From Octopus vulgaris (lineage: Eukaryota), in NCBI GenBank assembly GCA_951406725.2, contig OX597833.1, positions 42,470,001-42,534,000 of the forward strand: a stretch of DNA of 64,000 nucleotides, in the 5' to 3' direction. Under the pieces are notes generated by a model. That model was given only the letters and a program-made list of their open reading frames with translations. It searched no databases and was not told where the DNA came from. Position numbers and translations under genes: made by a program. Below, piece by piece: positions 13,091-25,903 of the stretch (positions within the stretch are counted from its first letter, which is position 1; every line of letters starts with the position of its first letter).

Positions 13091-13419
13091 AATGAGCTTG
13101 TTAGTTGTCAGGCAAGGTGATGAAAATACCACTCGAATATCAAAAGTAAAGTCAATTATGGAGTTTTAGTAGCTCTGAAAAACTTCATAAATGTATCTTC
13201 ACCAACCATTTCGTCTGCTCAAATTGGAACGCTTTTGTTCATATTCATTTAAACAAAATATTTGATTCTTTATAAAAACCTGGGACGGTGATGTCTGAAC
13301 GCTTTTGATCATATTTCTCCCAAACAATATGCATAAGAATATAATACATGCATGCATGCATACATACATACATACATACATACATACATACATACATACA
13401 TACATACATTCGATCATCA

Positions 13420-14050
13420 AAGCAGTTTATTATGGACCAATAGCCGGATTGTTACCTCCCACTTTGAAAGGTATGCGTTTGCAATCCAGGAATAGGAAAT
13501 GTCAACCAAATACCTGATGTACAAAAGTGATAGAGATGCAGGAAAAGCAGTAAAATGTGACAACCGATGCAGACTCTGAGGAGTTAACACCGAAGATATT
13601 ACCCACATCATAAGCAGTTGTCCGAAAATGTCATCACGGTTTATCTACCGATGAGATATGATGTTGTAGCTAGGACACTATAAAGAAATCCGTCGGAAAG
13701 CTAACCCCGAGGACAAAGAAATAAGAACACACAGTAAGGTAGAAGCCATAACCACTCATAATAAAAAGGAGTATTGGTGAAATGCCCCAGTGAAGACCTA
13801 AATAAAATGTAAGAACAACAGACCTGATATAATGATTTGGGATAGAGAATAGAAACTGTGCACAGTTGTGGAAATTAGCTGCCTAGTGGATGTTAACATA
13901 AAGCTAAAGATCAGTGAAAAAGTGAATAACTATGCTGAACTATCGAGAAATCTGCAGTTACTCTATCCAGATTACAAGTTCAGGTTTATGTCAGTAATTA
14001 TTGGGGGCCCTGTGATATGTAATATACTGCCTAAATATCAATCTCGAGAA
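13420..14050 (+). mobile_element. Decayed R4/Dong-like RLE non-LTR retrotransposon fragment
   Basis: CRL....EDITHIISSCP zinc knuckle, NRPDIMIWD, VVEISC and EKVNNY.....L...YPDY....VIIGG. Confidence 0.8.
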
Positions 14051-14241
14051 ATGAGCATATCTAAATATGCAACTATATGCATGAGAATACATACATAAAG
14101 CAAAACATACATATTTGCACATAAACATACATACATACATACATATATACATTCATATTTTCCATTCGTCCCGAGCGTCAAACTAATACACCTGCTTATC
14201 GTTCTTTCACCTGTCTTCGTCTTCTGTTTTCTGTAAACTTG

Positions 14242-14304
<63 letters not shown>

Positions 14305-14307
<3 letters not shown>

Positions 14308-14700
14308 TGGGTGAACACGTGGTATAAAACTGACAAATATCAAGGAGTAATGTTTGTAGAAGCCACAGCCCATGGAGAACTTGCCCGTAGATTTAGGAAA
14401 GCTCCGAAGGAGACCAAACTGAAAATTAAGATTGTTGAAAAGTCAGGGAACTCCATCAGATCACATGTTGGATGTACCCGTTTGAGAATACCATATGCAC
14501 CAATGATTACTACATGGTATGTAGGATTAACTGTAGGACTAGAAATGTAGTCTACAGAATAAGATGCATAGAAGGTGCTTGTAAAGACATGAACATGACA
14601 TACATAGGGGAGACATCTAGGAGCATTGCGGAAAGACTAAATGAACATTTGAGACATTTTTAGCTAACTTTACAACCACCCCAATGCTCAATGACAAAAA
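14305..14700 (+). mobile_element. Penelope-like GIY-YIG endonuclease fragment, 5' end at (TA)n
   Basis: VMFVEATAHGELA...IKIVEKSG, then CRTRNVVYRIRC...TYIGETSRSIAERLNEH. Confidence 0.85.
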
Positions 14701-15257
14701 AACAAAAAAGAAAAAAGAAAAAAACAAACAAACAAACATTAAACAATTTAAATATGTTTAATTACAATTTAAATATGCATACAGAAAAATCTGTCTGGTC
14801 TCGCGACACATTCCTCCCAAAACCCGCTGCTCAGGTAGGACCCTTCCTCGGTTGATTGCTGTCAACACGTGCTTCCTCGTAGGCGTTTCAAAGACTGTTT
14901 CTATGGCAACAGATAAAAGAGTTCTTGTTACTATCGAAACAAACATGAATGTGTCTGTGGCTTACGATTAAGTAAAATTACCCAAATTTTCAAAGTTTAA
15001 TTACTAATAACTCTTTATTTCCTGATTTATTGCGAAAAGTGCTTTCATGTCATTAATTAGCCTATAAAAGATTATCATTACACTGAATATGAAATAAATT
15101 GGAACAGAAAATTTATGCTGGTAGCAGCTGGTGACCAAGCAGGAAGGATCTGAATACGTAAAAGGCAAAAGATAAAACAGTACTCTTTTTTAAATTAGTA
15201 CACTGAAATAATATTTCTAGCGCGATAAAAATAAATAAAAAAATAATATTTAATTGT

Positions 15258-15423
15258 AGCTGTGTGGTAAGAAGTTTGCTTCCTAATCACATGGTTACGG
15301 GTTTAATTCCATTGCGTGGCATCTTAAGCAAGTCTCTTCTACTATATATAGCCTCTGTCCAATCAAAGCCTTGTCAGTGGATTTGGTAGACGGAAACTGA
15401 AAGAAGCCCGTTGTGCATATATA

Positions 15424-15503
<80 letters not shown>

Positions 15504-15627
15504 ATATAGGTTTCTCTCCTTGTTTTTTTCTGTGTATCTTTCTGTCGAAGAGCGTAGGCTCGAAACGTAAAAGACTTTTTGTATTCCTGAGCGCTATACT
15601 AATTTGTTTATTTTCGTAAACATTTCC

Positions 15628-15689
<62 letters not shown>

Positions 15690-15917
15690 TATATGTCTAT
15701 GGCTGTGTATCTGTGTGTTTGTCCCCCCTCAGTCACTTGACAACCGGTGTTGGTGTGTTTGTGTCCCCGTAACTTAGCTGCTCGGCACAAGAGACCGATA
15801 GAATAAGTACCACTCTTAAAAAAGAAAAAAAGAAGTACTGGGATCGATTCATTCGACTAAAAATTTTAGGTGGTGCCCCAGCATGGCTGCAATCTAGTAA
15901 CTGAAACAAGTAAAAGA
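15258..15917 (+). mobile_element. SINE family A carrying a Penelope-like terminal fragment in its internal microsatellite
   Basis: Family A head and tail flank (TA)n arrays that enclose 15508-15630. Confidence 0.8.
15537..15574 (+). ncRNA. Very small hammerhead-like motif (core variant CUGUCGA)
   Basis: TCTTT-CTGTCGA-A-GAGC(GTAG)GCTC-GAAA-CG-TA-AAAGA: 5-bp stem I, 4-bp stem II, ACGT palindrome; conserved A6 is replaced by U. Confidence 0.55.
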
Positions 15918-15972
15918 ATCAAATTTAGTCTTTTAATGTTTATAATTTGAACTGTAATATAATTGATGGTTG

Positions 15973-16451
<479 letters not shown>

Positions 16452-16574
16452 TTGGGTATACAGTATGTTACGCTGCATATGTATGTAAGTATGTATGTAT
16501 GTATGTATGTATACAGTATGTTACGCTGCATATGTATCTATGTATGTATGTATGTATACAGTATGTTACGCTGC

Positions 16575-16605
<31 letters not shown>

Positions 16606-17151
16606 TGTATGTATGTATGTATGTATGTATGTATGTACGTATGTATGTATGTATGTATGCATGCATGCATGTATGTATAAAAGATGCGTTTTGGGGTAGC
16701 GTTCAGATCCATTCCCTGCCCATTTTTAATCCTTTTGCTGTGAAAAGCAGATATACTAACTCAAAATTTCATTACTCTTAGTTGCGCAAAGCAGCTTTAT
16801 ATATCTGATTTTTTTTTCTATTTCCCACAAGTGGACAAGCAGCTTTATATATCAATCTATCTTTTGTTGAGGAATGTCATATTTAAAACTATTTTCGTTT
16901 TATATATATATATCAAGTTTATTGTAGTAATATGACTTGCTGAAAGTGCCAGTTTATTTTTGGTTGCTGTTTAAAATCGTTACAAGAATAATCACCTTAT
17001 ATAATTTCCATGTGTCAGACATGTGTTAGACATGTCCTTCTATTCAGAAAATAATACAAAATGCTATCATTCACTTTTAGAGCAGTCGTGCATTTTTACT
17101 GAATGGCCTTACTGTAAATGTGTAAGCGCAATAATATGTTCGTAGTTGATA

Positions 17152-17712
17152 AGGCGGCGAGCTGGCAGAAACGTTAGCACGCTGGACGAAATGCTTTGCG
17201 GTATTTCGCCTGTCGCTACGTTCTGAGTTCAAATTCCGCTGAGGTCGACTTTGCCTTTCATCCTTTCGGGGTCGATAAATTAAGTACCAGTTAAGCACTG
17301 GGGTCGATATAATCGACTTAATCCGTTTGTCTGTCCTTGTTTGTCTTCTCTGTGTTTAGCCCCTCGTGGGTAATAAAGAAATAGGTGTTTCGTCTGTTTT
17401 TACGTTCTGTGTTCAAATTCCGCCGAGGTCAACTTTGCCTTTCATCCTTTCGGGGTCGATTAAATAAGTAGCAGTTAAGCACTGGGGTCGATATAATCGA
17501 CTTAATCCGTTTGTCTGTCCTTGTTTGTCCTCTCTGTGTTTAACCCCTCGTGGGTAGTAAAGAAATAGGTATTTCGTCTGTTTTTACGTTCTGAGTTCAA
17601 ATTCCACCGAGGTCGACTTTGCCTTTCATCCTTTCGGGATCGATAAATTAAGTACCAGTTGCGTACTGGCCATCTTCCCCAAAACTTCGGGCCTTGTGCC
17701 TAGAGTAGAAAA
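17152..17712 (+). mobile_element. SINE family B with about three tandem internal units
   Basis: Head aaggcggcgagctggcagaaacg followed by three repeats of the ttcaaattcc...gcctttcatcctttcggg unit. Confidence 0.9.
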
Positions 17713-17729
17713 GTCTATGTTCGTAGTTG

Positions 17730-19570
17730 ACATCATATACTCGTTGTCACGTGATTTTGTAGTTCATACTAATGCATAAGTTTGAGCAAGGTTGCATGAT
17801 TGGCTATAGTAATTCAATGTATTAATTACTGTGGGGTTTAAGTTATTTGTAGGAACAATTATTGCAGCGTTAGTGTAGTCTTGTATACTGTAGAATATAT
17901 GTGTAATATTTACTTGTGGTTGTCTAAGTTGGCAAGCTTCGGGGGTGTCTTGAAGATAGTGGATGCGGGGTGAAAGGGAGAGTGAATTAGGTTGATCATT
18001 GTTGCAGATTTAGGGTATTGTATGTGGTTTCCGGCTGTTACATTGTTATGTTTTGATGTCAAGTATGAAATGAGCGGATGTGGACAATTTAAGAATGTGT
18101 ACTATACAGTGTGGCCAATTTAGGAGTGTGGACTATTAACTAAATAATATTTGGGTTGGAACTGAGGAATGTGGCAGAATTGTTGGGGGTTTGGAAGTAG
18201 AGTGGGGGATGGGGAAACAGCTGGATCATCTAGTTTGAGATTGCAGTTCGACTGGTAGGGGATTGTTTTTAAAATTTGAAAGGCTTTATATGTTAGGAGA
18301 GGATGTCAAGGTCAATATTTTTTAGCTCTTTCTTCTTTGATGCAGAGATCACACCTGGTGACTTGTTTTAGCAACTGCGCTCCAGTTAAAGAGTGGATTC
18401 GCCACTCCGCAGTCCTTTAGACTCCATACAAATTTTTCTATCTCTGAGTGAAACTATAGCGGCTGTCGTTGTTTGTTCAAGTGTGTGTTATTAAATGGAA
18501 AACAGTTAGTATGAATCACCATAAGAAATTTTTGTGTATAAATATATTGTTTATTCTGTGTTCACCTTTTGTGGCGGAAGCATGTAGTATGATACAAAAA
18601 TGTGTGTTTACATACAAAGAAAGTTTTGATTTTTGCTTTTGCACTGAAAGAAGTAACATATAATATTTGTATTACAGTATGTATGCATGTGTGCAATGAG
18701 AACAGTCATTTTGAGAATGTGTGTGTGATAAAATATATTTGTTTACGAACCATGTATCTCGTGTCGAGGTGAATAAACATGTGAGTCGCACGTGAGAGAT
18801 TGCGCTAGGAGCTGATGAGAAGACATGCGTCTTTGACCGAAACCTGGCAGGAAATGGGGTCGTATCTACAGTGTAGAAACGAGGTTGGTGTCTCAGAACG
18901 AAGTTAGTGTATCAAAGCGAGGCTAGACACCTGCTGTGCAGGTCGACTCACATATTACTATGGAATATGTAGCTCTGTTACAAAGACATATGTTGCGTGA
19001 ATCCTTCCTTAAAATCTATATTGAGTCCATTATGGGATTTTATTGCATCATCTGTGATATCTGTGATATATTTTGTGATATCTATGTGTTCGTGAAAAGA
19101 GTGCCGGAATATATGAGAAACTTCCTGCAATGTTTGTAGCTGTGTTCAAACTTTATGGTGGATTGAACCACAAGATCTTTTTACCTCAACATCTAGCTCT
19201 AGTTAGGGTGGACTCATTCTAGTGATAGATTCGCTGAAATTGGACCTCGCTTGTGCATTGTTTAGTGCGGGTGGCTTAATTAATGGAAGGTGCCTTCATC
19301 TCATGACAAACTGGAAATGTGTCTATGTTTCTTGTGATCTTTTTGATAATTGATTGTGGGTTGTCTGAGCCTTTTCCTTTTTATATATAGGTAGTTTCTT
19401 TATTTGGTTTATGGAGGAGACCCGGCATGGTAATATCTAAGTAATTTACTGTTTTAAAATTAATGTTGACAGATAGATTTATTTATATAAATATTTTTTC
19501 CTAACGGTATCTATAACGTTCCCATTTTTGTTTGTGTATCATCTTGCTCAATCGTCCAAGAAGAATTAGT
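17730..19570 (-). mobile_element. Heavily decayed Penelope-like RT/endonuclease fragments
   Basis: Minus strand near 19300-19480 reads LSVNINFKTVNYLDITM...KPNKETTYI...SDNPQSIIKKI (Penelope RT); weaker similarity continues down to about 17800. Confidence 0.6.
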
Positions 19571-19818
19571 TCTTAACACCTAATTATCTATCAATTGTAA
19601 CCGCTTACTGACCGCATTATACAGATATTTTATGGTAATATCAAACATACACTGATCGAGTGGAAAACAAGAGTGGCCATATACTGCATGCACATAATAC
19701 AAACAGCAATAAGAGAAATATGCGTACAAATGCATGGAGTATAGATATTCCGGTACTATAATATAAAGGTACTTAATTTTTGTAGCAAATACAAACCCTA
19801 AGACAAACAATACTTCAG

Positions 19819-19884
<66 letters not shown>

Positions 19885-20149
19885 TTAAATAATAAGGGCG
19901 AAAATTGAATATTAATTTGATTAATATCAATTTAAAACCAGTGGCCTAGCACATTGAAAAATTTGAAGATTCAGAAAAATTATATTATATATATATATAA
20001 GAGGGATGACCACTAAATAGACATCCATTATGCTAGAAGTAGACTCCATATGCTCTGACTACTAAGAAAAGATTATTCTCAAGAAAATTCAGCAAACGCC
20101 AGAACATAAGTGAGCAAGACAGATGAAAACATACAAAGTATAAAGATAA

Positions 20150-20220
20150 ATCACAAACCCGTTTTCATTGTTACCACTTACGTAATACTTACGTAAATGT
20201 TCACAATTCGTCAGTGTGAT
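20150..20220 (-). ncRNA. Mirror hammerhead motif
   Basis: Minus strand reads ATCACA-CTGACGA-ATTG...CAAT-GAAA-ACGGG-TT-TGTGAT. Confidence 0.65.
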
Positions 20221-20564
20221 CGTCATAGCAAAATATAATTTGAAGAACTATACACGGGACGACCGTATGATAACCGGTTAGAGAACATTTTTCAATATGT
20301 TAGGCCACTGGTTTTAAATTGATATTAATCAAATTAACATTCAATTTTTTCACCCTTATAATTTAAATTTGAATAACCATGTTCTCTAACCGGCAAAATT
20401 CACTGCAGAGAATTATTTTCTGCAGAATTATTTCCGGTATTTTGGCGCGCCAAAACGAAGACTTTTGAAATAAAAGCCCAAATGTAATTGGTAGAACTAT
20501 ATGCATGTTCAATCTCATGTGGACATTCTGTGTATAGTTCTGCAAATTATGTTTTGCTATGACG

Positions 20565-20635
20565 ATCACACTGATGAATTGGGGACATTTACGTAAGTAT
20601 TACGTATGTGGTAACAATGAAACCGGTTTTGTGAT
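20565..20635 (+). ncRNA. Type I hammerhead motif
   Basis: ATCACA-CTGATGA-ATTG...CAAT-GAAA-CCGGT-TT-TGTGAT with palindromic AACCGGTT and an inner TACGTAA/TTACGTA helix. Confidence 0.72.
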
Positions 20636-21284
20636 TAATATTTATATTTTGTATCTTTTCATTTGTCTTGCTCGCTTACGTTCTGGCGTTTGCTGAATTT
20701 TCTTGCGAATAATCTTTTCTTAGTGGTCAGACTATATGGGGTCTACTTCTAGCATAATGGATGTCTACTTAGTGGTCATCTCTCTTATATATATATATAT
20801 AGTCTCACAATGTCCGAAATGTCATAATACACTTTCGCAGGTTTAAAATTGCAAAGCCGCCATCCATTATCCAAACTCTGTTTCAATAACTATAAATACA
20901 CACGAAACCTGATGTATGTGTGGGGAATGGTACCTTCTCAATCGACCCGAAAGGCTGAAAGACGAAGTTTAGGTGATTTGAGCTCTTAATACAGAGTACA
21001 AGAACAAATACTGCAGGGGATTCTAAACAACGTTTTGACGATCCTGCCAATTCATTTATCTGTTTAGTTAACTTACTCTACAGTGTATGACATTTTTTGT
21101 TTCTCTTTTGTTATCTGACTCTATAGTTTATGAGCCTGTCTATTATCTAATTCTATTAAGTATAACTATATCTGCTTGTCCGTTGTTAACTAATTCTACA
21201 GTGTATTACTTCGTCTTTCTGTTGTTAACTAAACCATATATTTGCGCACCTTAGATCTCCTGGCTATGTCTCTCTTTCTTCCAG

Positions 21285-21405
21285 AAATCATTGGCGCCTG
21301 CATTTTGGTGTTCATTCTCTCAGGTTTCTACGAGGGATTCAAAGTGCTCAGAGAAATGCACATGGATCACACTGCAAAGAAGAACAAAGAGGAGGGCAAC
21401 ACAGT
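21285..21405 (+). CDS. SLC31A1: CTR1 coding exon 3 of 4 (TM1)
   Basis: Pyrimidine tract plus ccag acceptor; (E)IIGACILVFILSGFYEGFKVLREMHMDHTAKKNKEEGNT carries the Ctr FYEG.K motif; GTAAG donor at 21406, phase 2. Confidence 0.93.
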
Positions 21406-21502
21406 GTAAGCAGTCTCATTTTCTTCTGTTAAAATATCTGATGTATCCTCTTGATGGTCTATTTAGCTTCTCGTTTACTTTCTTCTTTCTTTCCCTTTGA
21501 CA

Positions 21503-21552
21503 TGATGTGTTGGACACCACAAATAAAGATACAGTGCACAAATATGTTCAAC

Positions 21553-21628
<76 letters not shown>

Positions 21629-21665
21629 GTATATGTATATATATATGCATATATATGTACATATA

Positions 21666-21732
<67 letters not shown>

Positions 21733-21790
21733 GTATATGCAGTTGAACATATTTGTGCACTGTATTTTTATTTGTAGTGTCCAACATATC

Positions 21791-21791
<1 letters not shown>
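21503..21791. repeat. 53-bp inverted repeats (21503-21555 / 21739-21791) enclosing a (TA)n array
   Basis: tgatgtgttggacaccacaaataaagatacagtgcacaaatatgttcaactgc matches the reverse complement of the right arm with 3 mismatches. Confidence 0.92.
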
Positions 21792-21831
<40 letters not shown>

Positions 21832-21854
21832 AGAGAGAGAGAGATGTGTGTGTA

Positions 21855-21895
<41 letters not shown>

Positions 21896-22279
21896 ACTGC
21901 TCTTTTTTGTGTATGTCTAAGTAGCCCGAATGCTGGAAACAAGGTAGGACAATTGCTGTGTACTAATAACTCCTGTTAAAGCAGAAACACGCATACATAG
22001 CTGTACTCTACTCTCCAGAAAATCCGAAAATTTTTAGTCAAATGAACCGACCCCAGTACTTATTTTTTAAAGTTTCGTACTTATTCTATCGGTCGCTTTT
22101 GCGATCAGTTAAGTTTCGGAGACGTAAACGTACCAACACCGGCTGTCAACGATTCTGGGGGACAAACACAGACACAAAGACAAACACGCATGTAAATATA
22201 CATGTATACAAGCTTCTTTCAGTTTCGGCCTTCCAAATCCACTCACAAGGCTTTGGTAGGCCCGAGGCCATAGTTTAAT

Positions 22280-22558
<279 letters not shown>

Positions 22559-22559
22559 T

Positions 22560-23975
22560 GGTGGCTGTCTACTCCTTATGCAGAGTTTGACCAACACCTG
22601 AACCTACACCTTAGCACCATCATGGTATCTGATATGGCTTTTTAAACCAGACAATATTCTGAGAAGATACCCACATAGATTGCACCTTCCATTTGGACCA
22701 CCAGGAACTGCAGATAAGTTCTGCTCTTTGTGGATCTTAAAATGTCTCTTGAGGCCTCCGTTGGATTTGCAAACCTTCTGGCATACACTGCATTCAAAGA
22801 TGTGCACAGACATATAGGCAGAATAGTTGGTGGAATTTTGCTTTCCGTGCGTTCGCAAATGAGATTTGAGGCCAACAAAAGATAGGTATGGTCTGTCACA
22901 GACTGTGCACACGAAAAGGTCATTGTCATTCACCTTCTCGATCGTTACATTCTTCCTTAGATCTCTTTTGAGTCTTACTTGTGTTATCCTGGCCGCTTCA
23001 AATGCTTTCATTCTACTCCACACCTTTGTTCGCCCTCCAACTCGATCTGAAGCAAAGGTTTCTATATGTGCTGGAACCATTCCCAGTGACGACTTATGCC
23101 GTCCTTAAACCTTTTTTTTTTAGGTTTACGCCGATAGCGTTTCCCCTCTGCAAGCTCACCGTAAAACAGCTGTTTCGGCATGCGTCCATCTACCATTCAA
23201 ACAATATGGCCACACAATCACAATTGGTTTCTCAAAATCTTAGCTTTAATTGAGGTGATGCCTGCGGATGCAAGGACATCTGTGCTTGGGGTAAAAGAAC
23301 TCCATTTAATTTTTTAAATGCGATAAAGGCATTTTTGGTGGAATTGCTCTAACAATTTAAAATGCCTTTCACAAGTCCAAGTTCACAGGAATACAACAGC
23401 GATGATATGACAAATGATTTGTAAAGAGCCAGCTTTGTATTCTTATTTATATGTCGCTGGCACCAAACACGTGATTCCAAGCCACCAAATGCTTTTGCTC
23501 CCTTTGAATTCACAGCTGTATTTCTGTATCAAGATTTCCATCATTTTGAACAGAGCTTCCAAGATAGACGAAAGAATCGACAACCTCAAGTAATTTTTCC
23601 TTAACAAAAAGTTTAGTGGGGTTACAAACAGCACCAAACGCATGTTGATGTGTTACAACTGTTTTTTGTTTTCAAGTTGATGGTCAAGCCCAAATCATCG
23701 TCAGCGTACAAAAGTTCCCTAATGAGTGAAGTAAAAACCTTTGTTTTGAATTTCAGCCTGGTCAGATAAAAACATTCTCTGTTGTTCGATATTTTATGGA
23801 AATACCCTCCTCAGAGTTTTGAAAAGCGTGTGACAAAACAACAGCAAAATATATTGCAAAGAGGATGGGTGCATCAAAGTCTCCTTGCTTTACTCCATTT
23901 TCCACAGCAAAAGATTCAGAGAGCCTACCACCAAAGTTAACTCTAGCTTTCTTATCTTAACGTAAAGCCCTGATC
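22560..23975 (-). mobile_element. 5'-truncated RTE (BovB-like) LINE with three C-terminal C2H2 zinc fingers
   Basis: Minus strand reads ENGVKQGD...P.LFAIYF and LIRELLYADD; ORF 22604-23080 ends in three C-x2-C-x12-H-x3-H motifs. Confidence 0.88.
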
Positions 23976-24023
23976 ATGTTTACAAATATATATATATAGA
24001 TAGATAGATGTGTGTGTGTGTGT

Positions 24024-24096
<73 letters not shown>

Positions 24097-24310
24097 TTGT
24101 GAAATAGAAAGATGAGTAATCTTGTTGCAGATCAATCAAAAGTTTAACCGATACCTTGGTAGCAAAAATCACAGCAGAAGACAGCACGGTTGGAGGTACA
24201 ACCATATGGTGTTGCAACCGTGCGTTGGTGCGGATAATTGAATTTTAATATTATTAGTGAATTGAAGAAATGGAGTTGAACGAAGATTGAACAGAAATCG
24301 TTTTATTGCA

Positions 24311-24390
24311 TTCTACACGTGTTTCGAAAGGCACAATTTACCAAATTCCGATTGAATAAGGAGACCATATTGTGTCTTTCTCTTCAGGAA
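24311..24390 (-). ncRNA. Identical mirror hammerhead motif
   Basis: Exact reverse complement of 24503-24582. Confidence 0.78.
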
Positions 24391-24502
24391 GAAATAGGAA
24401 ATCCGTTGGAAAAACAATGGCCATGGGCTCTTAGGAGCCTCGTTCGATTTGTTTTGCTCCGCCTCTGTTCTGTTTTTGTTTTTCCAACGGATTTCCTATT
24501 TC

Positions 24503-24582
24503 TTCCTGAAGAGAAAGACACAATATGGTCTCCTTATTCAATCGGAATTTGGTAAATTGTGCCTTTCGAAACACGTGTAGAA
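24503..24582 (+). ncRNA. Type I hammerhead motif with intact core
   Basis: TTC-CTGAAGA(24506-24512)-GAAAGACACAAT...ATTGTGCCTTTC-GAAA(24568-24571)-CACGTG-TA-GAA: palindromic ACACGTGT stem III, GUA site. Confidence 0.78.
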
Positions 24583-24637
24583 TGCAATAAAACGATTTCT
24601 GTTCAATCTTCGTTCAACTCCATTTCTTCAATTCACT

Positions 24638-24697
<60 letters not shown>

Positions 24698-24792
24698 ATA
24701 TGTATATATCTATATAGATCTATATGTATATATACATGTATATATATATATATATGTATGTATGTATATATACATGTATATATATATGTATG

Positions 24793-24834
<42 letters not shown>

Positions 24835-24841
24835 CATACAT

Positions 24842-24916
<75 letters not shown>

Positions 24917-24922
24917 GTATAC

Positions 24923-24955
<33 letters not shown>

Positions 24956-25412
24956 CATATTTACATATACATGTATATATACATATAGGTATATATATAC
25001 ATATATATATAAACATACATACATGTATAATTCTATTTCATATGTAACGTTCGTCCGGTAGTTGAAAGGCACTTCTGTGGTTTACTTATTTGTTTTCGTA
25101 TATGTACGTTCGTTTGCCTTTCCCAGAAGCTTAATGCTTTTAGCTTAAGTTCCTGGCCCAGCCGGCTTCGAGTCGTATCGGAGATAAGTGCGCGAAACTA
25201 CGAAGACATTCCGGACTCCAGCCGAAGAGGCCGAATGATCTGTGTATTTTCTTTCGTCCTATTTGCCATTGTCGTTCTATCGTCTTTTTTTCTGCATGTT
25301 GTTTTGAAGGTTTCCGTTTATTGTGTTCTTTCTGTCCTACATTTTATATAAATATATATATATTCTGGAAATCAAGCTGAAGAGAAGTGTTTCTTTTGTA
25401 CGGAATAATGCC

Positions 25413-25851
25413 TAAAGATTTTTTACATCTCACTGGCAGTGCGGGTTTTTTTCGTGTGTGTTATTGATACTAAGAGGGCTCCAGGCTTACGACAGCTGAA
25501 GAAGTGTGATGATCATTACATCGTTGAGAAACTTAAAGTCCTGCATGTGAATCTCTATAACTGTATCATTCAATACATATAACCCTCTATTTCCAAACGA
25601 TGTTGAGTGAGGCTCATCTCTTTTGTCATCATGCGTGGTTTGTCAATACGTACATATATACATACATGCTTTTACACACACACACACAAACGCACACATA
25701 TGTATATGCGTATATATATATATGACTGTGTGTGCGTGTATATATATATATAAATATACACACATACATACATATACATACATATACATACATACATACA
25801 TACATACATACATACATACATACATACATACATAATACACACATACATAAT

Positions 25852-25903
<52 letters not shown>

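Larger units (their letters stand above)
19885..20800. repeat. Rearranged inverted-repeat Penelope-like terminus (19985-20255 vs 20530-20800; 19885-19962 vs 20288-20367)
   Basis: Direct reverse-complement matches with scattered mismatches; bounded by (TA)n on both sides. Confidence 0.88.
24248..24645. repeat. 170-bp inverted repeat (24248-24417 / 24476-24645, 58-nt spacer), Penelope-like terminal structure
   Basis: No mismatch found on base-by-base reading; the cassette 24093-24645 is flanked by (TA)n on both sides. Confidence 0.95.

Noticed and set aside
18812-18850. CTGATGA followed by a GAAGAC/GTCTTT hairpin
   Set aside because: The stem is followed by GACC before GAAA, and no convincing stem I or cleavage triplet is present.
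22604-23080. Stand-alone host zinc-finger gene
   Set aside because: It is contiguous and co-oriented with RTE reverse-transcriptase sequence and ends at the LINE 3' terminus.
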